From: Dehalococcoidia bacterium
Lineage (GTDB): Bacteria > Chloroflexota > Dehalococcoidia > SZUA-161 > SpSt-899
Assembly: GCA_048539495.1 (NCBI GenBank)
Contig: JBLYPS010000005.1
Location: 11,473 to 75,472 of the forward strand
Length of the DNA: 64,000 nucleotides
Direction of reading: 5' to 3'
In this document: positions 1-8,696 of the stretch, in pieces
Layout: each line of letters opens with the position of its first letter
Position numbering within the stretch: position 1 is the stretch's first letter
Position numbers and translations under genes: made by a program
Notes under the pieces: generated by a model
The model's input: the letters and a program-made list of their open reading frames with translations, nothing else
Told to the model about the DNA's origin: nothing
The model's database searches: none

Positions 1-240
1 TTGAAAGGATCGTCCCATTGGTCGAAAACTTGCTGTTTCTTGACGCTCCAGTTTTGCCCTGATGCTCTCGAATTGCCTGACAGTTTCCTGGGAATACAGG
101 CGCTCCCCGCAGTGGAGACAAACCTCGGCATGCACTCTCAGGATGGCCGTATGAATGCCTCCTCGCAGTAGCTTCTCAACTTCCTTCTCGACCAGGTCAG
201 CCCCGCAGATCGGGCACTTCTCAAATGGCATCATCATCAT
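1..240 (-). CDS. YgiT/MqsA-type zinc-finger protein, putative antitoxin (3' end runs off the window)
   Basis: Hand translation MMMMPFEKCPICGADLVEKEVEKLLRGG...EVCLHCGERLYS...GRSFQ has two CxxC pairs; the ATG overlaps the TGA of the upstream DUF4258 gene (ATGA). Confidence 0.8.
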   Translation of the reverse strand, partial: MMMMPFEKCPICGADLVEKEVEKLLRGGIHTAILRVHAEVCLHCGERLYSQETVRQFESIRAKLERQETASFRPMGRSFQ

Positions 241-548
241 TTCCTCCTTTGCCGCCAATTGATCCACAGATCGGGATCAGGTCGATAGACCGTGATAAGG
301 GCAGCCCACTGATTATTGTCATTATACGCCCAGACACTATGTACAGCGTCACCACTGAACGTTTGGCCATATATTAAACAGCTTGGATAAGGTTTATCAG
401 TGGGATAGTGCTGGATGATTTCGCCATGAAGAACGGAGAAGTAGACCTCATCAAGCGATAGGTTGTCAGCTTGAGCTTCCTCATCAGCGTGATCGGTGAT
501 GCGAACTCGACTTGCATGGATTGCTTCGATAATGTCAGAAATTTTCAC
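237..548 (-). CDS. DUF4258 domain protein, putative toxin of a TA pair
   Basis: Motifs ITDHADEE, IIQHYPTDKPYPSCLIYG and LITVYRPDP...W are typical of DUF4258; coupled to the zinc-finger gene. Confidence 0.8.
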   Translation of the reverse strand: MKISDIIEAIHASRVRITDHADEEAQADNLSLDEVYFSVLHGEIIQHYPTDKPYPSCLIYGQTFSGDAVHSVWAYNDNNQWAALITVYRPDPDLWINWRQRRK

Positions 549-606
549 GGCTATACGCGCCCAGTCAAAGCACTCTTTGCCTTTTGTTTAACGAAGCAAT
601 TCCCCC

Positions 607-1620
607 TCACTCGCCCCTCAACGTATACGACTCCGCTAGCTCGAAGTACCTCCTGGCGATCCCCAGAACCTGGCCCTTTTCCTCGTCCGAGATATGCGGG
701 TCGTCGAGCTTAAAGCTTTCCACCTTTCCCCTCACATAGGCCCGATAACAGCGGTAGAAGTTGAGCATTTGCTGCAGTTCCCGATCGCCGGATAGCGCAA
801 CGTAGCTATCGACAAAATGCCTCGAGAGATGGGGATAACCATGCACATCCAGGTCCATGGCCAGAAAGGCAATCTCACTGGCTACATCGCAGTACCTGAA
901 GCGGTCGTTGAATTCGATGCAATCGAAGATATAGACTTCGTTGCCAAAACAAATGTGTGCCGAGTGCAGATCCCCGTGGCAGTCCCTTATCTTGTCCTCC
1001 CTCATGCGCTGCTTGAATAGCGGGGTTTGTCTGTCTATAAAGCTTGCGGTGTAAGACTTTATACCCTCATAGGTTTCCGGGGAAAGGGACACCTTTATAT
1101 ATTTTGTCGTTTGAGCGAAGTTCTCGTCCATGTTCTGGACGATGGTCTCGATATCGCCGTACCTCGATATTTCTTCATCGCACCTGGAAGCCTGGTGGAA
1201 CTCGACCAGCTTCCGTGCTACCTCCACCAGCATTGCGGGGGTCGCCTGATTTCTGGCAAGGAGCTTATCCAGACAGCGTTCCCGCGGGAGCTGACGCATC
1301 TTCACGGCGTATTCTACAACCTCGCCGGTGCCCTCCACGGAGAACCGCCCCTCATTTTGAGTCACCTCAACTACCCCGAGGTAGACCCCCGGGGCGAGGC
1401 GTCTATTGAGCTTCACCTCTTGCTGGCAGTAAAAGCGCCGCTTCTCCAGGGTACTGAAATCGAGGTAGCCGAGATCGACCGGTTTCTTGATCTTGTAGGC
1501 GAAGTCACCAATGAGGAAAACGAAGGACATCTGCGTCTGTATCAGATCGACATGCCGGGGATTCTCTGGATAGGCGTCTCCCTTCAGCAATGCCTGAACC
1601 AGCGGTGGTAACTGCGCCAT
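607..1620 (-). CDS. Aminoglycoside phosphotransferase-like kinase (COG2187-type N-terminal domain, no fused AAA_33 domain)
   Basis: Motifs IQTQMSFVFL, YKIKKPVDLGYLDFST, RDCHGDLH and FDCIEFNDRFRYCDV. Confidence 0.8.
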   Translation of the reverse strand: MAQLPPLVQALLKGDAYPENPRHVDLIQTQMSFVFLIGDFAYKIKKPVDLGYLDFSTLEKRRFYCQQEVKLNRRLAPGVYLGVVEVTQNEGRFSVEGTGEVVEYAVKMRQLPRERCLDKLLARNQATPAMLVEVARKLVEFHQASRCDEEISRYGDIETIVQNMDENFAQTTKYIKVSLSPETYEGIKSYTASFIDRQTPLFKQRMREDKIRDCHGDLHSAHICFGNEVYIFDCIEFNDRFRYCDVASEIAFLAMDLDVHGYPHLSRHFVDSYVALSGDRELQQMLNFYRCYRAYVRGKVESFKLDDPHISDEEKGQVLGIARRYFELAESYTLRGE

Positions 1621-1649
1621 TATTTTAGTGATTGGTGACTCACTATTGA

Positions 1650-1745
1650 CTACTCACCAGATGCCTTTCCGGCCTTCCTCTTCTCCTCGATTTTCTTCTT
1701 CCTGCGGCGATGCTTGAGACTGGCTACCCTCTTTGTTTTATTCAT
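1650..1745 (-). CDS. Small basic protein, 31 aa (absent from the ORF track)
   Basis: Hand translation MNKTKRVASLKHRRRKKKIEEKRKAGKASGE*; co-oriented between the DUF35 and kinase genes, with a purine-rich upstream region. Confidence 0.5.
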   Translation of the reverse strand: MNKTKRVASLKHRRRKKKIEEKRKAGKASGE

Positions 1746-1800
1746 ATACCCAACCTTTCATTTTCGTCGAGGTCAGGGACGACCTCGACTACGAGTTAGT

Positions 1801-2205
1801 CTATTCCTCCAGACTAAAGGTCGCGGTCACACGCTCACCGGCCGAGAACTTGTCTCCGGGGATAACCGCATGGCCTAATTTGACTCTCTTGCCGATCATA
1901 TCCATGGTGGCTTCATCGCAGTTTACACCAATGATGTTGCCCATGAGCCACGGGCCTTCGTCAAGCTCGACGATGCCGACAACGTATGGGGCCTGAAATC
2001 CTTCTGACGCCACCCGGATGACGGTGAAGGTTCTGATCTCTCCCTTGCCGCTGAGTTCGACGATGCCCACTTCCTCGCCGGCACACTCGATACACACCTT
2101 CTTCGGGGGCACGGTGTAGCCACCGCAAGCATTGCATTTGAGTCCCATCAGCCTGTTCTCTCTCAGCGCACCGGTATACGCCTTGTGAGTCAGTTTATAT
2201 TCCAT
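1801..2205 (-). CDS. Zn-ribbon/OB-fold (DUF35-type) thiolase partner protein
   Basis: CNACG...PPKKVCIEC and PYVVGIVELDEGP; start moved to MEYKL (ATG 2205), which follows GGGGAG. Confidence 0.9.
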   Translation of the reverse strand: MEYKLTHKAYTGALRENRLMGLKCNACGGYTVPPKKVCIECAGEEVGIVELSGKGEIRTFTVIRVASEGFQAPYVVGIVELDEGPWLMGNIIGVNCDEATMDMIGKRVKLGHAVIPGDKFSAGERVTATFSLEE

Positions 2206-2249
2206 TCTCCCCTCTCTTCCCTCTGTGTCCTCTGTGGCTACTTCGGCGT

Positions 2250-3497
2250 TTACCAGCCCCTCTTCAGGATTATGTTGCATACTGTGCCGGCATCGCCGCC
2301 CAGGGTATCGGTCATGCCTATTCTTGCGCCGTCCACCTGCCGCTTTCCGCATTCACTCCGAAGCTGCTTTACCACTTCGTATACCTGAGCAGCACCGGTA
2401 GCCCCTATGGGATGACCCTTGGCCTTAAGACCACCGGAGGGATTGATGGCGATCTTGCCGCCGATCTCGGTCTCGCCCCGCTCCACCGCCCGGCCTCCGT
2501 GGCCGAACTCAAAGAATCCGAGGCACTCCATAGACACAATCTCAGCAATGGTAAAGCAATCATGGAGCTCGCAGAGGTCAACGTCCTGTGGCTCAATGCC
2601 CGCTTGAGCATAGGCTTGCTTTGCCGATAGGATTCGAGATTTCATCTGGGTGAAGTCCTTCTGATCGGAGAGAGAGCCGACGGAACACTGCCCCACGCCA
2701 GCTATCAGAACAGGCTTATCGGTCAATGTCCTGGCCTTGTCACCGGATACCAGTACCACTGCGGCTGCACCATCGGTGAAGGGGCAGCAATCGTAGAGTT
2801 GCAAGGGATCGGCGATCAGTGGATTCGCCTTGATGTCACGAAGGAACTCCATCTCATCCGCCCAGGTGGGAACCGACTGACCCTTTTGGGTTGCTCTAGC
2901 TATCCGTGCCTCCATGAGGTCTCTAATGGTTGCCTGGAACTGAGCCTTGGGATTGAGCTTGCCGTTCCGATGGTTCTTGATGGCTACCATTGCCATTTGC
3001 TCCTTGAGTTTGGCGAGTGGTATCCCATACTTATGGGAGTAGAGGTGAGCCAACAGAGCGAAGACCCCGGGAAAGGTGATCCCCGCGGGGCCCTCGTAGT
3101 AGCTATTGCTACACATGGCAAAGGCCCGCGTTGCGGCGGGGGTGTCCATCGCCAAAACCCTCTCGGTCCCACCGGCGAGCACGATGTCATAATACCCCGA
3201 AGCTACCCACATGAAGGCATCCCTGACCGCCACCGAGCCGCTAGCACAGGCACCCTCGAATCTAGTGGTGGGGATATTGGGGATTCCTATATCAGCGGCG
3301 GCGAATGGGGCCATGTTTACCTGGCCCTCTTCATGCGAGCCAAACACGTTGCCGAAGAAAAGTGCCTGGATATCCTTCGGCTTGAGATTCGACTCGTTTA
3401 TAGCTTCCATGGCAGCCTCAGAGAACATCTCGATGTTGGTGTTTTCCGAGACGCCGAACTTGGTCATTCCCACGCCAACTACTGCAACCTCTCTTAT
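2250..3497 (-). CDS. Thiolase family protein (SCP2/archaeal-type acetyl-CoA acetyltransferase), probable ATA start
   Basis: Motifs EGACASG, HDCF and GHPIGATG. The frame extends upstream as IREVAVVGVGMTKFG, with AGGAGG 5 nt before the ATA at 3497. Confidence 0.9.
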   Translation of the reverse strand: MREVAVVGVGMTKFGVSENTNIEMFSEAAMEAINESNLKPKDIQALFFGNVFGSHEEGQVNMAPFAAADIGIPNIPTTRFEGACASGSVAVRDAFMWVASGYYDIVLAGGTERVLAMDTPAATRAFAMCSNSYYEGPAGITFPGVFALLAHLYSHKYGIPLAKLKEQMAMVAIKNHRNGKLNPKAQFQATIRDLMEARIARATQKGQSVPTWADEMEFLRDIKANPLIADPLQLYDCCPFTDGAAAVVLVSGDKARTLTDKPVLIAGVGQCSVGSLSDQKDFTQMKSRILSAKQAYAQAGIEPQDVDLCELHDCFTIAEIVSMECLGFFEFGHGGRAVERGETEIGGKIAINPSGGLKAKGHPIGATGAAQVYEVVKQLRSECGKRQVDGARIGMTDTLGGDAGTVCNIILKRGW

Positions 3498-4665
3498 CTC
3501 TTCCTCCTTTCAGTTGTAAACGCCTGAACTCCCTCGACACCTCGGCCGTCAACTCCAGGGCCCGCTCCGCTGACCGGGGCGAGATCGAGCCCAGGCCGCA
3601 GGACGGGGTAATCAGGCTTTGTTCCCATAATCTATCATAACCGATGCCACTCTCTGAAAGCAAGCCCATCAGCTTCTCCAGACGCCCCAGTAGCTTCGAG
3701 GCGGTCTCATCAGACAGCATCGCCTCATCGCTGGGGACGATTCCCCAGGCCAGCACACCACCTCGATCGATGAAGGCCTTGATTTCAGCGGGATATAACG
3801 TCAGCGACTCACCGTAGTTGTAGGCATCGAAGCTGAGGATATCGATGGTCGTATTCATCAAGACGGGCCAGTCGGCATTTCCACAGCAATGGATTCCTTT
3901 GAGTCCACTCAGGCCACCCAGTGTCTCATCGATGAGACTGATGACCATATCAGTCGAAACCGCCACAAATGCCGAACCCAACGAGGCAAGATATGGCTCG
4001 TCGATGAAGATAATGGTATTGGATGAAAGTCTGGATAGCTCCCTCTCCTGCCACCTGGCCTTTAAGGCGAGGTGTTTGGCCAGGGCATCGGCGAGGGCAT
4101 CATCATACAGGATGGGACGGCGATTCTGGTCGGTGACCATCAGTCCGAAGCTGACAGGCCCAATCACCTGCCCTTTCACGGCGTAGATACGAGTTCCGAG
4201 TTCCGAGTTCCGAGTTCCGAGGGGGAAGGTCTCGGTACTCAGTACTCGGTACTCAGTACTCAAATGGGAGAGAAACTGCTGGAGTCCGAGGGCATATTCC
4301 GGGCTTACGGCACCGAGTTCTGAGTGTCGAGTGCCGAGTGCCGAGCACCGAGTACCGGGTGGGGTGGGGGGTACTCGGTACTCAGTACTCAGTACTCGGT
4401 ACTCCGTGTAGAGTCTTTCCAGCGGCTCAGAGAGGTCCACCGAGCGGTTGACGTAGATACGCTCGCTCCCCTGAACCAATCCGGGGAAGCCCTCACTAAA
4501 CTGGGTGTACATGCTCTCCAGGAACGATCGACGGGGGAGTTGCGGCCAGACGGGTATCTCGGGCAGATTCGCCCGAACAATCGAACACGCCTCAACAGGG
4601 TCGGTGTGCGGCATGCTGCCGATCGCGGTGGGTAAGCCTCCGGGTTTGAATGTTTTCCGGTTCAA
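3418..4665 (-). CDS. Cobalamin-independent methionine synthase catalytic-domain-like (core MetE-like) protein with two in-frame repeat insertions
   Basis: Motifs PTAIGSMPHTDP, IFIDEPYL, IHCCG and TPSCGLG (Zn-ligand pattern); probable TTG start at 4665 after GGGAG. Confidence 0.8.
   Translation of the reverse strand: MNRKTFKPGGLPTAIGSMPHTDPVEACSIVRANLPEIPVWPQLPRRSFLESMYTQFSEGFPGLVQGSERIYVNRSVDLSEPLERLYTEYRVLSTEYRVPPTPPGTRCSALGTRHSELGAVSPEYALGLQQFLSHLSTEYRVLSTETFPLGTRNSELGTRIYAVKGQVIGPVSFGLMVTDQNRRPILYDDALADALAKHLALKARWQERELSRLSSNTIIFIDEPYLASLGSAFVAVSTDMVISLIDETLGGLSGLKGIHCCGNADWPVLMNTTIDILSFDAYNYGESLTLYPAEIKAFIDRGGVLAWGIVPSDEAMLSDETASKLLGRLEKLMGLLSESGIGYDRLWEQSLITPSCGLGSISPRSAERALELTAEVSREFRRLQLKGGRDKRGCSSWRGNDQVRRLGKHQHRDVL
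4190..4261. repeat. Imperfectly palindromic heptamer repeat block (CGAGTTC)n...(GTACTCG/A)n inside the CDS
   Basis: Read directly; encodes STEYRVLSTETFPLGTRNSELGTR. Confidence 0.9.
4314..4404. repeat. Imperfectly palindromic heptamer repeat block (CGAGTGC/CGAGTAC)n...(GTACTCG/A)n inside the CDS
   Basis: Read directly; encodes TEYRVLSTEYRVPPTPPGTRCSALGTRHSELG. Confidence 0.9.
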
Positions 4666-4859
4666 TTTCGTGCTCCCTGGATTTATTATTGCAAACACAA
4701 TTTTCTTCCCCGTGAATTGCAATAATTATCGGCCGAATATCTCCACATCGATTCATGAATGCTAATTGAGTTTCAGCACTATTATAACACTGCCGCAGAG
4801 TAGTGCAAAGGAGGCTTTATTGAGGTGGCCCTAAGATTTGCTTACGAGAAAGCAGTTTA

Positions 4860-5004
4860 AGTCAACGTTTCTGCCGTGGCCGAAGTTGCCGCCGTAATTC
4901 GCCGACCAAGACACTCCACTGACAAGTCTCCGCTCGCTTACCTGCACCTCCGCTGACAAAGAAGGCGGGAATTTGGGGCGAAGCCCGGCCACGGCGCGTT
5001 AGAC
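4860..5004. other. Long imperfect inverted repeat resembling an orphan attC site
   Basis: GTCAAC-gtttct-GCCGTGGCCG ... CGGCCACGGC-gc-GTTAGAC; the GTTAGAC end matches GTTRRRY. Confidence 0.3.
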
Positions 5005-5485
5005 GAAGCCGAGCCAGCTTTTGTCACTAAGCAACAATCATATCAAACTCCGCGAGAGGTTTCTCAATGCAAATTGAGCTAACAGGCATGCCAAGCTTTT
5101 TGGTTGAAGATAGAGCATTCTTAGCTAGATTATCTTTTTCCTCATCATAGTGAAATGAATCGTCCTCTCATCTTCTTGTATAGGGTAATTTCACATAAAT
5201 AGCAAATAGACGAACTCAGAGTTCACCTAATCCGCTCTGGTTTGCCAAATGTTAGCATCTCCCGTGGTAGCTGTCAAGCTTATTGCGGGCATGCTTGCGA
5301 TCCATCAAATGATAAACGCAAAAAGTCGGGCCACCCATTTGCGAGGATCAAACAAAACGCTAAAACGTGACATCCCCGCATGGGTATCATCTCGGTCATA
5401 CCCTTCCTGCTAACAAACCACTACATGCGGCCCCTTTCTTGACCTGCCTGTGGACACTAATCCGTTGAACAGTTAAACTAGAGAC

Positions 5486-6021
5486 ATGGTTCAAACAACG
5501 TCCCCCCAATTGATCATGGTAGGGAAACGCAAAATCACCGTTAACGGCCAAATCATTTCCTACATCATCAAGCACAGCGCCAGGGCAAAACACGTCCGGC
5601 TCGAGGTGAGACAAGGAACGGGCCTTATAGTAGTGATTCCAAAGTCTTGTAAGATTGAACAAATCCCGGACCTTTTGAAGGCGAAGGGGGACTGGATATT
5701 AGACAAGCTCGCAAAGTATGGCGAAGTGCAACCGCTTTGTGCCGACAGGGAAGTCAAAAGTGGCGATGTCATTCCCACCTTGACTACATCATCATTCATG
5801 AGCTTGCCCATCTAAAAGAGATGAATCATGAGGCTCTTGCAAAAATCCGTTGGCCGAAGCTGAGATAACGCAACTGCCAGCTTCAGAGAATCCCTTTTGC
5901 AAGAGGCTCTCATACAAAGAGATTCTGGGAACTGGTAGCTGAACACTGTCCCCGATGGCGCGAGCACAAGAAATGGCTCAAGGATCACGAGACAGAGCTC
6001 GCTGCCAAACTGCTCCCTTAG
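5486..6021 (+). pseudogene. M48/YgjP-like (DUF45) metallopeptidase pseudogene
   Basis: The N-terminus (SARAKHVRLEV...WILDKL) joins out of frame to LDYIIIHELAHLKEMNH (HEXXH), so the middle of the protein is missing. A MITE interrupts NH/HTKRFW; the C-terminus ends ...WLKDHETELAAKLLP*. Confidence 0.85.
5830..5909 (+). mobile_element. 80-bp MITE, copy 1
   Basis: Terminal inverted repeats GAG(G/C)CTCTTGCAAAA; 4-bp target duplication TCAT at 5826-5829 and 5910-5913; second copy at 44965. Confidence 0.9.
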
Positions 6022-6186
6022 AAGCAGCGCTGATTAGACAAAAGCGAGGAATGTTGCGTTGATCGCCTCGCATTTTCCCCTGGTTACTGGGATATAGGAT
6101 GCTTTGCCCGAGTTGGGGATATGCGTTGCAAGGCTCAATTGGAGAGTGCTGCTCAGAGGAAGACGAGAGCGCATCACCAGATTGAT

Positions 6187-7053
6187 ATGTCGCAGATTAC
6201 AGGATTCTCAGATGTCCGGATAGCTGAAGTGGAGTGTAAGTCGGTGCTGAACAAGTCAGCCCTGGCTGACTATACTGTCAACTGCTACGCTGGATGTGAG
6301 CATGGGTGCTGCTATTGCTATGCGAGATTTGCCACCAGGTTTTCTCACCCCGGTGAACCCTGGGGGAACTTCGTCGATGTCAAGGTAAACGCGCCCCAGA
6401 TTCTGGCACGCGAGGTAAGACGAAAGAGGATAGGCACAGTATTCATAAGCTCAGTGTGCGATGGCTGGCAGCCCTGGGAAGCTAGCTACAGACTGACTAG
6501 GCAGTGTCTGGAAATATTGCTCCACTACGGCTATCCGTTAACTATTCTCACCAAGAGCACACTGGCAGGTCGTGACCTCGATCTCCTCAGCTCAAAAGTC
6601 GGCGTGGACTTCGGGGTTACAATCACCACTCTTGACGAGGAGTTGTGCCGGCTCATCGAACCCGGGGGCTCTCCTCCCATTGAGAGATTGGCTCTCCTAG
6701 AAGAGGCCAGGATGAGGGGAGTTAGAACCTATGCCTTTCTCGGACCTTTGCTGCCCTATCTATCAGACATTGAGGGAAGCCTGGTACCGCTGCTAAAGGC
6801 GCTCAAGGACGTCGGTGTTGATTACTTCTACATTGATCGGCTTAATCCGCGCTTTGGCGTCTGGGCCTCAGTAAAGAACCTCCTCCAGGAGCACTTTCCT
6901 CACCTCATTGGAGAATATCGCAAGATTCTCTTTGACGAGCGTGTCAGGAGGGAATACTCACAGCAGATCATATCCGCGGTCAATCTTTTGGCCAAGAAGC
7001 AAGGACTCGATGGCAAGATGAGATTATGTTTCTGGGCTCTTCTCCAAATTTAG
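6187..7053 (+). CDS. Radical SAM protein, SplB/COG1533 DNA-repair photolyase-like
   Basis: CEHGCCYCYA (CxxxCxxC), YTVNCY.GC and ILTKS motifs; the last residues (WALLQI*) are encoded by the ISL3 end. Confidence 0.85.
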   Translation: MSQITGFSDVRIAEVECKSVLNKSALADYTVNCYAGCEHGCCYCYARFATRFSHPGEPWGNFVDVKVNAPQILAREVRRKRIGTVFISSVCDGWQPWEASYRLTRQCLEILLHYGYPLTILTKSTLAGRDLDLLSSKVGVDFGVTITTLDEELCRLIEPGGSPPIERLALLEEARMRGVRTYAFLGPLLPYLSDIEGSLVPLLKALKDVGVDYFYIDRLNPRFGVWASVKNLLQEHFPHLIGEYRKILFDERVRREYSQQIISAVNLLAKKQGLDGKMRLCFWALLQI

Positions 7054-8658
7054 TAAAGAGGGGTGATTTTGTTTCATGAAACCTTGAGTTGTTTGAAAAT
7101 ATAATAGCACTAACAATATGGAGATTGTGGGTAACCCGAAGGGTTATCCAAGTATGTGGTTAAGTCGCAGACTTATCCACATACGGCAATATCCACATTG
7201 ACTCTGGCCACTTTCAGCAATAGATCTCTGGTTTTAACAAGATTCTAGTGCGAGGCATCCATCTCTGGTCTGGATAGAGCACTGATGGAGGGTCTGAATC
7301 TGAGCAAGTCACCCTTACATCGAAAACTAGCTTGTATCCAGCGGGGGTGAGCACCCTTGTTTGATTTTAAGGATAAAGTAGTCATCATCGTGAAATCCAT
7401 AGGCAATGCGTTTGATGACTTTGATCTTGTTATTCATCCCCTCTAATTTACCAGTGTTTATAGGGTAATAGCAGTGATTAATAAGACCGTATCTATACCT
7501 ATCCAGCGTCTGAGCAAACTTCACAAGAGGGTTAATATTACTCGCTGTAGCGATGCCAATCCAGGAGTCAAGATGTCGGTTAGCCCAGCCCGGGGATTTG
7601 TAATCCCAGAGCCCCTTCAAGTCATCTTTCAGCATATAGGCGATGTTTATGTTCTCATTTAGTTCAAGTAATTTCTGAAGCTGTTCCTTCTCATCTGTCT
7701 TGAGTTTGTCCTGGTTCTTAAGGAGCAGATATTTAGTGCCCTTGATAGCTTGTTTCTTCTCCTCAGTGGCCTTCTTGAACTCGACATTTCTTACTTTATC
7801 GATAACTTTGGAGTAGTTCTTGATGACATGGAATTTATCCAATACTATTTTGGCTCTTGGAGCATGTTTCTTGATAGAAGCAATGTATGGATCCCACATA
7901 TCACAAGCTACCGCTTCTATTTTATCACTCCTTTCTGTGCCAAGCTCTTTGAAAAACTGATCCAGGGTTTCTTGCTTTCGACCCTTGCTCACCCAGACTA
8001 TCCGGGTTCGCTCTAAGTCCATGACCACCGTAAAGTAATTATGGCCTTTATGGGCAGCTATCTCATCTACTGCCAGAAGCCTTAAACCATCATAGTCTGG
8101 GATGGCGAACTGCTTCTCCAGGAACTTTTTGTCAATTGCCTTGACGGTCTTCCAATCCAGATCAAGTAGTTCCGCTACCTGCTTGAGGCTGGTCATACGG
8201 CAGAGCCGAGCAACCAGCTCCTCAAATCTGGTAGTGCATCGGGAGTAAAGGTCAGCAAACTCAAGTTTCTCAACCTTCACCCCGCAGATTGGACAATCGG
8301 TACGATGTTTATGTATAATCAGATAAGCTTTAAACTCAAACACTGGGAGGTCTCTGATCCTAGCCATTCGTCAGTCCCAACTCCAAAATGACATCTGTCC
8401 ACAGCTAGAGCAGGTAAATCCGGAAGAGTAATCCCTATTAAGATAAATTTCGGTGCAATCACCATGAGTAATCGCCTTATCAAATTTTACGCTTGCGAGA
8501 TTGAGCCATTCTGTTATAATATAGTAGGTGGCATCTGTCTTCTCCTTGTATTTTCTTTGTACCTGCTACAGTATACAGGAAAGACGGATGCCTTTCTCAA
8601 CCCTAGGTTTTCAAAAACTATTCCTCCTGTGGATAACTACACTTTTTGGAGAAGAACC
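7035..8658 (-). mobile_element. ISL3-family insertion sequence (degenerate)
   Basis: Inverted ends GGCTCTTCTCCAAAT (7035) and GGTTCTTCTCCAAAA (reverse complement ending 8658) flank the transposase; no clean 8-bp target duplication seen. Confidence 0.85.
7327..8534 (-). pseudogene. ISL3 transposase with a 5' frameshift and an in-frame TGA
   Basis: Motifs LAVDEIA, ACDMWDPY, DKFHVIK and EGMNNKIKVIKRIAYGF. The upstream frame continues ...CSSCGQMSFWSWD*RMARIRDLP (TGA 8373-8371); the ATG at 8534 after AAGGAG is one base out of frame. Confidence 0.85.
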
Positions 8659-8696
8659 CAAAACTTTTACCTCTTATGCTAAGCACCTTTAGACTC

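Noticed and set aside
8371-8373. In-frame TGA in the ISL3 transposase read as selenocysteine or recoding
   Set aside because: It is not at a Cys position, no SECIS-like hairpin is evident, and the gene has a second lesion; CGA>TGA decay is simpler.
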